Position numbers and translations under genes: made by a program
Notes under the pieces: model-generated
The model's database searches: none
Seen by the model: only the letters and a program-made list of their open reading frames with translations
What the model was told of the DNA's origin: nothing
Source of the DNA: a virus
Lineage: Duplodnaviria > Caudoviricetes
Strand: one strand, 5' to 3'
IMG/VR virus record: IMGVR_UViG_3300021966_000007
Coordinates: 1 to 35,908 of that record
DNA: 35,908 nucleotides
Shown: positions 26,449-35,908 of the stretch, one piece after another
Position numbering within the stretch: the stretch's first letter is position 1
How the letters are laid out: every line of letters begins with the position of its first letter

Positions 26449-26542
26449 TACCAAAAATAATATAGTCCAAGCATTTATGACTTAAAAAGGTATGGAAACG
26501 TGCAAGCATTGATTCACGTTAAAAGCTATTGGAGGTTTACCA

Positions 26543-27163
26543 ATGAAATTTAGTTCAAAATCACATATCAAATTGAATTTGCAGTTTTTTGCCGACCCAG
26601 CTGGTGAATCGGATTCCGATAACGGTGAAGAACAAAGCAATTCAACTGATACAGAAACAAACAAGGAATCAGAAAAGAAGTATTCTGATGCTGATGTTGA
26701 TCGTATTGTTAACGATAAATATGCAAAGTTTGAGAAACAAAAACAAAAAGAAGTCGATGAAGCCAAGAAATTGGCCAAGATGAATAAAGATGATAAGACC
26801 AAGTATGAAATTGATAAGTTGAAATCAGACGCACAATCTGCACGTGATGAATTAGCTAAGTATCAAATGAGAGATACTGCTAAACAAATGATTGTTGATG
26901 GTGGAGTTACTCCAACTGATGAAATGATTGACTTAGTTACATCTGGTGACGCTGAGACGACAAAATCTAACGTTTCAAAGGCTTTAAGCTTTGCTACATC
27001 TATTCGTGAACAAGTTACAAAAGAACTCTCACAAGGCAATACACCACGTACTAATGGTGGAAATAATACTATGTCGAAAACAGATATTTTAAAGATTCAG
27101 GACCAAGATGAACGACAAAAACAAATTGCAGCTCACTTGGATTTATTTAAAAATAACTTTTAG
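26543..27163 (+). CDS. Capsid scaffolding protein (DUF4355-like)
   Basis: LNLQFFAD N-terminal motif, acidic linker, EAKKLAKMN coiled coil; upstream of the capsid gene. Confidence 0.9.
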   Translation: MKFSSKSHIKLNLQFFADPAGESDSDNGEEQSNSTDTETNKESEKKYSDADVDRIVNDKYAKFEKQKQKEVDEAKKLAKMNKDDKTKYEIDKLKSDAQSARDELAKYQMRDTAKQMIVDGGVTPTDEMIDLVTSGDAETTKSNVSKALSFATSIREQVTKELSQGNTPRTNGGNNTMSKTDILKIQDQDERQKQIAAHLDLFKNNF

Positions 27164-27175
27164 GAGGCCATTTAA

Positions 27176-28060
27176 ATGGCAGCAGAAGAAAATACAACAC
27201 TATCAACAGATTTAATTGCACAATCAGTTGACTATACTAATCAATTTAGCGAAGGAATCGGAACCTTACTAAAGGTTTTGGGTGTATCACGTTTAACAAA
27301 ATTAAGTGTTGGTTCAACTATCAAAATTTACAAGTCAGTCGTTACTAAAGCTGGTGGTAAAGTTGGTGAAGGTGAGACAATTCCGCTTTCTAAGGTGGAA
27401 ACAAAACTTGCAGATACAAAGGAATTGGAATTCTCTAAGTGGCGTAAATTAGTTCCAGCTGAAGCTATTCAAAGTGCAGGGTTTAAATCTGCAGTTAGTG
27501 ACACGGATAAAAAATTGCTTCATGAGATTCATCGAGACATTAAGACAGATTTATTTACTGAAATTGCAAAAGGTACTGGTAAAGCTAACGGAACAGGATT
27601 TCAATCAGCACTTGCTAATGTGTTGGCACAATTATCACTAGCATTTGAAGATACAGATATTCAATCTGTTGCCTTTGTAAATCCAATTGATTTATATGCA
27701 TATCTTGGAAATACTCCAATTACCGTTCAATCAGTATTCGGACTACAATATATTCAAAATTTCCTAGGATTCAATGTAATTTTTCTAACTGGATCAGTAA
27801 AGCAAGGAACAATTAATGCAACCGCTTCCGATAACTTGAATGTTTACAGTGCTAATATTTCTGGTGGCTCATTAGGACAAGCATTTGATTTGGTTACTGA
27901 CCAAACCGGATTAATTGGTATGACACATACATCAGTTCCTGATAAGCTTTCATATCAAACTGTTATTGCAACTGCATTGGCAATTTTCCCAGAACGTTTA
28001 GATGGTGTATTCATTTCAACTATTGATGCTCCAGTTCCCGCAACAGGAGATGGCAAATAG
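27176..28060 (+). CDS. Major capsid protein
   Basis: VGEGETIPLSK and KWRK..AEAIQ motifs; synteny. Confidence 0.9.
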   Translation: MAAEENTTLSTDLIAQSVDYTNQFSEGIGTLLKVLGVSRLTKLSVGSTIKIYKSVVTKAGGKVGEGETIPLSKVETKLADTKELEFSKWRKLVPAEAIQSAGFKSAVSDTDKKLLHEIHRDIKTDLFTEIAKGTGKANGTGFQSALANVLAQLSLAFEDTDIQSVAFVNPIDLYAYLGNTPITVQSVFGLQYIQNFLGFNVIFLTGSVKQGTINATASDNLNVYSANISGGSLGQAFDLVTDQTGLIGMTHTSVPDKLSYQTVIATALAIFPERLDGVFISTIDAPVPATGDGK

Positions 28061-28071
28061 GAGTTGATTAA

Positions 28072-28425
28072 ATGGCTTCAATTGATGATTTAAAAACGTT
28101 TCTTAATTTAAAAGGTAGTGGCAAAGATGATTTACTAACCTTGATTGAGAAACAAACTGAAATCCGTCTTAAAAGTAAACTACATCTTAAATCAAGTGAG
28201 TTAGTGCCGAATGAGCTTGATTATATTATTCTTGAAGTTTGTGTAAGACGATTTAACAGAATTAAAAACGAGGGTATGACATCTTATAGTCAAGATGGAG
28301 AATCTGCAACTTTTAATGATGACGATTTTGCTGGATTTGAAAAAGAGATTGCCGACTATTTGGATAACCAACAAGATAGTTCTAAATCTAAAGTGAGATT
28401 TATAAATCCTTATGCGATTCGATGA
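28072..28425 (+). CDS. Head-tail connector protein
   Basis: VPNELDYII.EV.VRRFNRIKNEGMTSYSQDGES motif. Confidence 0.88.
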   Translation: MASIDDLKTFLNLKGSGKDDLLTLIEKQTEIRLKSKLHLKSSELVPNELDYIILEVCVRRFNRIKNEGMTSYSQDGESATFNDDDFAGFEKEIADYLDNQQDSSKSKVRFINPYAIR

Positions 28426-28717
28426 AGAAATAAGATTTTATTCAAAGGGTGCCGACAAATATAATCCAAAAACTGGAAAACATGAGGCTGACACGCAACT
28501 TGTAGCGACACTTTGGGCTAATGTGACGGATAACTCTACTCAAAGAAATATGGAGACATTTGGAAAATATGACATTAATACTAAAACTATAAGACTAACC
28601 GAAGATATTAACTTCGATTGGTCTTATTTAGTTATTGGCGATAGTGATAAACATTATTCAATGCTTCATAGTCTGAAGCCGTTAAAGATTAATAGTATTT
28701 TGGTCGGTCAAGTCTAA
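28412..28717 (+). CDS. Head closure/adaptor protein
   Basis: MRFD...YNPKTG motif; synteny. Confidence 0.7.
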   Translation: MRFDEEIRFYSKGADKYNPKTGKHEADTQLVATLWANVTDNSTQRNMETFGKYDINTKTIRLTEDINFDWSYLVIGDSDKHYSMLHSLKPLKINSILVGQV

Positions 28718-29079
28718 TGGCAATTCATATTAAATTTCAAGGTATAAACGAGACTAAGATTAAATTTAAGAAAATGGCCGATATGTCACTTGTTAAGCAA
28801 GCTATTAAATCTAATACGGTAGCACTACAAGAAAATGCTATTGGTAGAATGCCTAATACGTATGTAAAAGGATATTCAAAGAGATATACGGCACAACATA
28901 CTAATCCATATTTCTTAAATAATGGATTCACAGGGAAAGTAACCATGGAAACTGAATATTCTCAATACCTTGAATATGGAACTCGATACATGTCAGCCGA
29001 GCCAGTTATGAAACCAGCTCTAAACGAGATTTACCCTCGATTTGTTTCAGATATTGTTAAAGCAGCGAAAGGTGGCTAA
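28717..29079 (+). CDS. HK97 gp10-family tail component
   Basis: YLEYGTRYMSAEPVMKPA motif. Confidence 0.85.
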   Translation: MAIHIKFQGINETKIKFKKMADMSLVKQAIKSNTVALQENAIGRMPNTYVKGYSKRYTAQHTNPYFLNNGFTGKVTMETEYSQYLEYGTRYMSAEPVMKPALNEIYPRFVSDIVKAAKGG

Positions 29080-29081
29080 AT

Positions 29082-29477
29082 ATGATATACTCACCAGCTT
29101 TTGAACTATTTAATTACTTTTATTCTTATTGCGATGAAAAATATAATACTTATGATTATTTGCCACAGAAAAGCGAGAATGTACCATATCCATTCGTTAT
29201 CGTTGGAAACAGTCAACTAGTCACGAGTAGTAATAAATATGCTTTAAACGGCGATATTGTTCAAACAATTAATGTTTGGAATATGGCAGATGATAGAGCA
29301 ATTACAACAGATATGGTTGAAGATATTTTTCATCGTTGTTTACGTTTCAATGGTACTGAACATTTTAATATGACGTTTAACACGCAACGTTCTGACACTC
29401 AAATCATTACAGATGAGAGTGTTCAGAGCGTTGTTTTATTACATGGAATTTTAGATTTACATTTTGAAATTTTATAA
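29082..29477 (+). CDS. Tail terminator/completion protein
   Basis: YDYLP...YPFV and LLHGIL motifs; directly before the major tail gene. Confidence 0.75.
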   Translation: MIYSPAFELFNYFYSYCDEKYNTYDYLPQKSENVPYPFVIVGNSQLVTSSNKYALNGDIVQTINVWNMADDRAITTDMVEDIFHRCLRFNGTEHFNMTFNTQRSDTQIITDESVQSVVLLHGILDLHFEIL

Positions 29478-29489
29478 AAGGGGCAGATT

Positions 29490-30122
29490 ATGGCAGAAAC
29501 ACAAACAGTTTCACTTGAAACTTTAAAAACACTACAAGGAAAGAATGCCGTTTTAATGGCACGACCATTGGAAATGGATCATCAGATAGAAGCACAATTA
29601 ATTCCATTTCAAACATCATTAAGTTTTGACCCGTCAGCGGATTCAGATTCAACAGCAACTAAGGATGGTCCAGTTAACACTAGATCAGCAGTTGAAACTG
29701 ATGCCGAAGTTGAATTTGTTAATAATAATTCATGGATTGCCGACAAGATTCGACACATGTTATTTGATGGTAAACCAATTGAATTATGGATTATTAACCA
29801 AGATAGATTACGTCTTAACGCTGATGGAACAACAAACGAAGCATATATGTGGTACACACAAGGTTCCGTTAAAGAAGATTCTAATGATAATGACGCAGAT
29901 GATAATTCAACACGTGATGTCAGTTTTGCTATTGATAAGACACCTGTTGACGGTTGGAGCAAATTCAGTAAAGAACAACAACATGATTTTGATTTTGTGT
30001 TCCGTGGAATTGGAGTTATTACAGATGACGACCAAACTGGTGGCGGTTCTTCTTTCGATGAAAATAAAGATGGAGCTAATAAGCCAGCAATCAAAGATAC
30101 AAAGCCAGTAACAGAACCATAG
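29490..30122 (+). CDS. Major tail protein, TP901-1 family
   Basis: LQGK, FQT and DSTATKDG motifs; synteny. Confidence 0.88.
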   Translation: MAETQTVSLETLKTLQGKNAVLMARPLEMDHQIEAQLIPFQTSLSFDPSADSDSTATKDGPVNTRSAVETDAEVEFVNNNSWIADKIRHMLFDGKPIELWIINQDRLRLNADGTTNEAYMWYTQGSVKEDSNDNDADDNSTRDVSFAIDKTPVDGWSKFSKEQQHDFDFVFRGIGVITDDDQTGGGSSFDENKDGANKPAIKDTKPVTEP

Positions 30123-30199
30123 AAATAATTAAGAGCATACTCACTCAAAATTGAGCGGTGGTGGACGGAATTATTAATAAAATATAGGGAGTTTTTATT

Positions 30200-30538
30200 A
30201 TGAAGATTACTATTGATAAAAATGATTATGAATTGAATTTTGGTATTGGTTTTTTGCGTGAATTAGATAAGGTAGCCGGCATGGAATCAAATGGAGTATC
30301 TATGGGAATGGGATTAATTAAGACAATTCCAGCATTTGAGGCATTCGATCCATTGGCATTATTTAACATTATCTATTGCGGTACAGCTGGTTCAACACCA
30401 CGTCCGAGCCTTGAATTGGTCGAAGACTATTTTGATACTTTGAAGGATTCTGATATTGAAAAACTATTTACAGAAGCCGGTACAGAATTAAAAAAATCAC
30501 CAATGGTCCGCTTTACCATCAACCGTCTGAACAAGTAG
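30200..30538 (+). CDS. Tail assembly chaperone (gpG-like)
   Basis: YELNFGIGFLRELDK motif; lies between the major tail and tape measure genes. Confidence 0.88.
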   Translation: MKITIDKNDYELNFGIGFLRELDKVAGMESNGVSMGMGLIKTIPAFEAFDPLALFNIIYCGTAGSTPRPSLELVEDYFDTLKDSDIEKLFTEAGTELKKSPMVRFTINRLNK

Positions 30539-30588
30539 AAGATAGCAAAGAACATAAATTCATTGGTTTTGAACAGACTTATCACGAT

Positions 30589-30975
30589 ATGCTCATCAAT
30601 TCTCTATCAAAGTTCGAAATTAACGATATTAGTCAATTTTGGAAGATGAGTATTGATGAGTTTTTTTTGCGTTCCGAGGGGTATCAAATAAAAATGGTTG
30701 ACACTAGAGAACAGTTAGCAATGCAGGCTTGGTACAATCAAATGGTTCAGGTTACTAATGGTTCAGATAAGCATCCGAGACCAAAATATAGTAAATTCAG
30801 TCAATTTTACGACGTTCAGGAATTAGAAAATAAGGTTCATAAAAGTTTTAATTCTGATTATGTGCCAGCCAGTGAATCAGAGGAAGAGACACAAAGAAAC
30901 AAGCAAGATGAAATTATGAAGAGATTTGAACAATTAGAGAAACATAAAGCTAAGAAGAAAAAAGACAGCCATTAA
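30589..30975 (+). CDS. Tail assembly chaperone extension (gpT-like), probably via -1 frameshift
   Basis: In the -1 frame relative to the upstream gene and open back past the A AAA AAA heptamer at 30490-30496. Confidence 0.8.
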   Translation: MLINSLSKFEINDISQFWKMSIDEFFLRSEGYQIKMVDTREQLAMQAWYNQMVQVTNGSDKHPRPKYSKFSQFYDVQELENKVHKSFNSDYVPASESEEETQRNKQDEIMKRFEQLEKHKAKKKKDSH

Positions 30976-31021
30976 TTTGACTGTCTTTTATTTTGCAAAT
31001 TTTTAGGAAAGGAGGAAATAT

Positions 31022-33979
31022 ATGGCGCAAGAATTTAATATTTCAGGAACACTTTCACTTGATGATCAGATGTCTAAAGTTTTAGATAATGCTTCAAACT
31101 CTGTTTCTAGTTTCGGCTCTAAAACTGGTAGCTCATTAGATAGAATCTCTGGTGTTACTAAGAAGATTGGTAATGTCACAATGGCTACTGGTGCTGCTGT
31201 CACGGCTGTTGGTGTTAAGTCGCTTAAATCATATGGTACATTCCAATCTAGTCTTAATAAGGCTGCCGTTGTTGCCGGTGGTACTAAGAAAGATATTGGT
31301 GGACTAGCCGATATGGCTAACAGAATGGGTGCTGAATTACCTTTGAGTGCTCAAGATTCAGCTGATGCTATGATTCAAATGGCAAGTGCTGGTGCCAGTG
31401 TTGGAAAGATTAAGAAAAACTTTCCGGCAATTGCCGAAGCTGCTACTGCTACTGGAGAAGACTTACAAGATACTGCTAGTGTTGTTCAAAACTCAATGAA
31501 TATTTGGGGCGACAGTCTTAAATCACCGGCTAGAGCGGCGGCTATTTTAACTAAAACGGCCAACTTATCAAATGCTGGTATCTCCGATATGAATCAAGCC
31601 ATTGCCACTATTGGTGGTACTGCTTCAAATGCCGGGTTTGGCATGGGAGATATGACCGAAGCTATTGGATTGATGACTAACAGAGGATTTAGTGCTGCAC
31701 AAGCCTCACAAGATTTGAATCATGCTATTTTGCAAATGCAGGCACCGTCAAAAGGTGCTGCTAAGCAAATGAAGGAATTAGGTTTAACGTTTACTGATAA
31801 GAGCGGGAATATGAAGAAGTTTCCAACAATTTTGCGTGAAATTAGTAAATCTATGGACGGTATGACTGGTTCAGAAAAGACTGCAGCGCTTAAAAAGATG
31901 TTTGGAACTTCTGGTATGGCGGCAATTCTACCATTGTTAGATAGTATCAAGAATAAGTCTGGTGATACTTCTAAATCGTGGGACGCCTTTCATAAGTCAA
32001 TGAATGCGGCATCTAAAGATAGTGCCACCGCTACCAAATATCTAAAAGACCAAGCCAACGAAATGCAACAAAATGTTGGTTCTAAGATTGAGCAAGTCGG
32101 TGGTAACTGGGAAGCACTTTCTAACAAGTCAATGGCAAGTAAGTCGAAGATTACCGGTGGCATGTTAGATATGATTAATAGCGGATTAGAATGGGCCTCT
32201 AAGTCAGATAGTTCAATAGCTCAAGTTGCTCGTGGATTTATCGGTTTAAGTCCTATTGTTGGGCCAGCAATGACCGCTGTTGGTGCTGGTATTAGAAATG
32301 TTGTTCCAATGTTCAAAATGTTTGGCTCAGTTGGTTCAAGTGTAGTAAAAGCTGGAAGTAGTTTAGTTGGATTTGGTGCTAAAATGCTTGGCCTGGGTAA
32401 ATCAAGTAAGGTTGCGTCAACTGCAACTAAAGAAGTTGCTAATGGAGCTACTAAATCTGGTTCTGCTGCTGGATCTAGTGCTGGCCAAATTTTAGCAATG
32501 GGTACCGCATTTCTTGAAGCGGCTGCTGGCGTTGCATTAGTTATTGGTTCGTTCACATTATTGATTGGAGCTATAACACAATTAGCTACTACCGGAACCG
32601 CCGGAGTTGTTGCAATTGCGGCTATTACAGTTGCTATTGCCGCATTAGCTGGAGTATTTGCACTACTGGGACCACGCTTAACATCTAGTGTTGCTGGTAT
32701 TGTTGGTTTTGGTGCATCAATTGCAATGATTGGTGTTGGTATTGGTGCAGCAACTGCTGGAATCGGATTGTTAGTCATGGGGTTCGCTCAATTAAATATG
32801 TCATTTGTTGCGTTAACTTCGGTATCTGGTCAATTAATTCCAATGTTTGCAAATTTAGGCATGGGAATGTCAATTATGATGACCAGTTTTCTAACGTCAG
32901 TTATTTCAAACATTCCGTTAATTATTCAAGCATTTGTTACTTTGGGCTCGGGTGTTTTAAGTGCTATCAACACTTTAATGCCTCAATTGGTTTCAACCGG
33001 TATGAACATGATCATGTCAATTTTAAACGGAATTAATAGTAATATTTCTAAGATTATTTCGGTTTCAGTTGATATTATGACTAAATTTATTGGTGGATTG
33101 GCTAAAGGGTTGCCACAGATACTAGCAAAGGGTACTGAATTTATTGTCAATTTATTTAACGGTATTGCTCAAAGCTTGCCTAAAATCATTGCCGCCGCAA
33201 CAAATGTTATCACGGCATTTATCACTGGTATTGGTAATAATTTGGGAAAAATTGCTGACGCCGGAATTAAATTGATTAGTAAATTTGCAGATACGATTAT
33301 TGCTAAACAATCAAAAATGGCAGCAGCTGCTACTAAATTAATTCAAGCATTTGTTACATCTGTTGGTACAGCCATGGGTGTTTTGCTTAGTTCTGGTAAC
33401 AAATTGGTTGGCTGGTTCATTCAAGGCGTTTTAAAAGGGTTAGGAAAATCGAGAAGTGCCGGTAAAAGTAATGCAGATGCCGTTAAAAATGGTGCAAAAG
33501 CTGATTTGGGTGCAAATGGTCGTGCAATTATGAATAGTTTTTTAAGCGGATTAAAATCAACTTGGGGAGCGGTTCAAGGATTTGTTTCAGGTATCGGAAC
33601 ATGGATTAAAGACCACAAAGGACCAATTAGTTACGATAAGAAGCTATTAATTCCAGCTGGTAAAGCTATCATGAATGGATTTAATGGCGGATTAGTTAAT
33701 GGCTTTGGAAATGTTCAAAGTAATATTTCTGGTATGACGGATTCAATTGCCAAGCAATTTGATTTCAATATTAATCCTAATGCGATTGCCGACAACATGA
33801 ACATGGTTAACAGACAACTACAAACAGGCTTAAATGCAAGTTTGGATAGCAATATTTCGTTATCACAGCCAGCACAGATTAACTTAAATCTAGGTGGCAA
33901 GAATTACCATGCTTTTGTTGGTGATATTACTAACCAGCAAAATGTTGATTTAACAATAGATAAACAATATAGCTTATAA
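31022..33979 (+). CDS. Tail tape measure protein
   Basis: 985 aa, Ala/Gly/Ser-rich, TP901-type core, hydrophobic repeats, and HKGPISYDKKLLIPAG. Confidence 0.96.
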   Translation: MAQEFNISGTLSLDDQMSKVLDNASNSVSSFGSKTGSSLDRISGVTKKIGNVTMATGAAVTAVGVKSLKSYGTFQSSLNKAAVVAGGTKKDIGGLADMANRMGAELPLSAQDSADAMIQMASAGASVGKIKKNFPAIAEAATATGEDLQDTASVVQNSMNIWGDSLKSPARAAAILTKTANLSNAGISDMNQAIATIGGTASNAGFGMGDMTEAIGLMTNRGFSAAQASQDLNHAILQMQAPSKGAAKQMKELGLTFTDKSGNMKKFPTILREISKSMDGMTGSEKTAALKKMFGTSGMAAILPLLDSIKNKSGDTSKSWDAFHKSMNAASKDSATATKYLKDQANEMQQNVGSKIEQVGGNWEALSNKSMASKSKITGGMLDMINSGLEWASKSDSSIAQVARGFIGLSPIVGPAMTAVGAGIRNVVPMFKMFGSVGSSVVKAGSSLVGFGAKMLGLGKSSKVASTATKEVANGATKSGSAAGSSAGQILAMGTAFLEAAAGVALVIGSFTLLIGAITQLATTGTAGVVAIAAITVAIAALAGVFALLGPRLTSSVAGIVGFGASIAMIGVGIGAATAGIGLLVMGFAQLNMSFVALTSVSGQLIPMFANLGMGMSIMMTSFLTSVISNIPLIIQAFVTLGSGVLSAINTLMPQLVSTGMNMIMSILNGINSNISKIISVSVDIMTKFIGGLAKGLPQILAKGTEFIVNLFNGIAQSLPKIIAAATNVITAFITGIGNNLGKIADAGIKLISKFADTIIAKQSKMAAAATKLIQAFVTSVGTAMGVLLSSGNKLVGWFIQGVLKGLGKSRSAGKSNADAVKNGAKADLGANGRAIMNSFLSGLKSTWGAVQGFVSGIGTWIKDHKGPISYDKKLLIPAGKAIMNGFNGGLVNGFGNVQSNISGMTDSIAKQFDFNINPNAIADNMNMVNRQLQTGLNASLDSNISLSQPAQINLNLGGKNYHAFVGDITNQQNVDLTIDKQYSL

Positions 33980-33992
33980 GGAGGATAACTAT

Positions 33993-34805
33993 TTGAGTTC
34001 ATATAAATTTAGAGATTTGGGTAAATATACTGGTTCAGATGAGTTTATTCCATCCGAAGCTATGTATGTTTTTTGGAAAGGGAGCTATAAATTAATTGAG
34101 AACCTAATTACTGGTTATCAAACATTAAATGTTACTGGAAGAGAGTTATTTAGCAGAAATGTTTCTGTTGAAAATCTTAATGGATCGGACGGAGGAATGT
34201 ATACTAATTCAAATTATCCGCAACGTGTAATTAAGGTGAAGTTTAAATTGAAGGCTGAATCTAATGAAGATTTTAGAAGAATGTTTGAATATCTTAATTT
34301 AATGCTTTCACAGGAACAATTTAAATTTAAGTTTGAGGACGACCCACAATTTTATTGGATTGGAACAATTTCAGCTGTTGATGACTTTCCAGAAGGAACT
34401 AATGAAGGAGTAGGAACATTTGAAATAACATGTTCTAGCCCCTTTAAACGAATGGAAAAAGCTATTAATAATAAAGGAGTGGGCTCAGTTAAAATACTGG
34501 AGCCTATTTATTTTCTTACTGTTCCAGATGTAATTGAAATTGAATTATCTAAGGACGTATCACAACTGACAGTATCTAATGAACTGTTGCAGATTGAGTT
34601 AAATGGTCCTTTAAAGGCTAATGACGTCGTTGATATTTTGCCAGATATGGCGGACAGTCCGATTTTGGTTAACGGAGTTGATAAGACTGGATATCTTAAT
34701 TATTTAAGTGATTTAGAAAACTTTGAAGTTGGACAAGATGACGTAATCGCTTGTTCTGATTCTAAAGCTAATATCAATGTCAAAATTAGGAGTAGACGCC
34801 TATGA
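33993..34805 (+). CDS. Distal tail protein (Dit)
   Basis: YQTLNVTGRE, F.DDP and CSSPFK motifs; follows the tape measure gene. Confidence 0.85.
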   Translation: MSSYKFRDLGKYTGSDEFIPSEAMYVFWKGSYKLIENLITGYQTLNVTGRELFSRNVSVENLNGSDGGMYTNSNYPQRVIKVKFKLKAESNEDFRRMFEYLNLMLSQEQFKFKFEDDPQFYWIGTISAVDDFPEGTNEGVGTFEITCSSPFKRMEKAINNKGVGSVKILEPIYFLTVPDVIEIELSKDVSQLTVSNELLQIELNGPLKANDVVDILPDMADSPILVNGVDKTGYLNYLSDLENFEVGQDDVIACSDSKANINVKIRSRRL

Positions 34806-35908
34806 GAATACTGTTATTAGATAAGAATCAACATGTTTTTAAAAGTTTATATCGAAACACAATAAAAGAAGCTACTGAACAATTGGAAGTTAACAAAGCC
34901 AATCAGTTCAATGCTTCTTTTTTGTTATCCAAACAAATGATTATTGATTTAGATAAAACAAGATATTTTGGTGTTCAAGTTCACAACGGTACAGAAAGAC
35001 AGTTTCACATTTATTCACTGTCAACCGATAAGACTAGTGGCAATTTTATTGAAGTAACTGGATTGGAAGAGGCTTATGACGATTTAAATGCTGGTTTCAT
35101 TCAAGAATTTAGATACAAGAATCATTCGTTGATTGATAACTTGAAGATCGTAACTGACGGCACTCGCTGGACGATTGGAAATGTTGCTGAGGTCAAGAAC
35201 TCTGATGTTTATTATTATTTCATCAACAAACGTGAGGGATTATCCAAGATAGTTAAAGCATTTGGTATCGAAGTTCAATTCGTTTATGAAGTTGTTGGAA
35301 ACAAAATTACCAAAAGAACTATTAACACGTATAAGCAGATAGGTAAGGTTACTCACAAACGTTTTGTTTATGGTTCTAATGTGATGAGTATTGAGCGAGA
35401 AAGCGACCGTACCAGCCTTGCAACAGCTATTGTTGGGCTTGGTAAAGGTGTTGAAGCGGTTGATTCAAATGGTAATTCTACTGGTGGATATGGTCGAAAG
35501 TTAAACTTCAAAGATATTAGTTGGAGCGTTGCTAATGGCGACCCACTAGATAAACCATCCGGGCAATTATATTTGGAGTTACCAAAGGCTACTGAGAATT
35601 ATGGATTACCTAACGGTAAGCCTAGAATTACAACGATTACGTGGGACAACATCGAAGATGTTAATGAATTGATTAATACCACGTATCAAGAATTAATCAA
35701 TCTAGCACGACCAGCCTTAAAGTATAGCGTTGATATTAAAGACACTGGTGGGCTTTGGTTAGGTGACACTGTAACCACTGTTAGACATGATCTAGGTTTC
35801 GTATATCAAGATAGAGTTCTTTCAATCAATCGAGATTTATTAAACGAGGAATTAACTACTGTTGAAATTGGAGCAGTGACTTTCAAAAGTGAAAAAGAGC
35901 GAGATGAA
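34802..35908 (+). CDS. Tail endopeptidase/spike (Tal-like), 3' partial
   Basis: ATG at 34802 overlaps the Dit stop. The frame (MRILLLDKNQ...TAIVGLGKG...GGYGRKLNF...LGDTV) appears open to the window end. Confidence 0.85.
   Translation, partial: MRILLLDKNQHVFKSLYRNTIKEATEQLEVNKANQFNASFLLSKQMIIDLDKTRYFGVQVHNGTERQFHIYSLSTDKTSGNFIEVTGLEEAYDDLNAGFIQEFRYKNHSLIDNLKIVTDGTRWTIGNVAEVKNSDVYYYFINKREGLSKIVKAFGIEVQFVYEVVGNKITKRTINTYKQIGKVTHKRFVYGSNVMSIERESDRTSLATAIVGLGKGVEAVDSNGNSTGGYGRKLNFKDISWSVANGDPLDKPSGQLYLELPKATENYGLPNGKPRITTITWDNIEDVNELINTTYQELINLARPALKYSVDIKDTGGLWLGDTVTTVRHDLGFVYQDRVLSINRDLLNEELTTVEIGAVTFKSEKERDE

Noticed and set aside
30110-30135. Frameshift-extended major tail protein (Ig-domain tail)
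   Set aside because: The gene ends CCA TAG with stops soon after, and there is no downstream extension ORF before the chaperone gene.
29609-30148. Long alternative ORFs (minus 179 aa, plus 161 aa) over the major tail gene
   Set aside because: Shadow frames of a well-supported gene, with no convincing RBS or motifs.
32221-32778. 185-aa antisense Pro/Ala/Thr-rich ORF
   Set aside because: Mirror of the Gly/Ala/Val codon bias in the tape measure gene.

Overview
The window is most of the genome of a temperate siphovirus of a low-GC Firmicute, probably Lactobacillaceae (the lysin has SLAP-like repeats and the att core resembles a lactobacillus tRNA-Ser 3' end). It is circularly permuted. It starts in the 3' end of a tail gene and runs through baseplate/receptor-binding and lysis genes, then an intact attP and the lysogeny module (tyrosine integrase, lipoprotein, ImmA protease, CI/Cro switch). 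Replication and recombination genes follow (Gam, ERF, Rep, DnaC, RusA, BRO antirepressor, SSB), then an ArpU late regulator, PBSX-type terminase, SPP1-like head and TP901-like tail genes, ending inside the tail endopeptidase/spike gene. No host genes are seen, so this is the excised or virion form. The most notable observations are: (1) a tRNA-like RNA in the late-promoter leader whose central loop holds two tandem antisense RBS+start-codon segments, a possible phage translation-silencing sRNA; (2) a MuF minor capsid protein fused to a JAB/MPN metallo-domain, with a small overlapping downstream gene; (3) a recurrent covarying hairpin/pseudoknot motif just before RBSs; (4) a frameshifted moron next to attP and a nonsense-interrupted HTH gene; (5) LexA-type boxes at attP and in the integrase leader. 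All family calls come from motif recognition and synteny; no database search was run.
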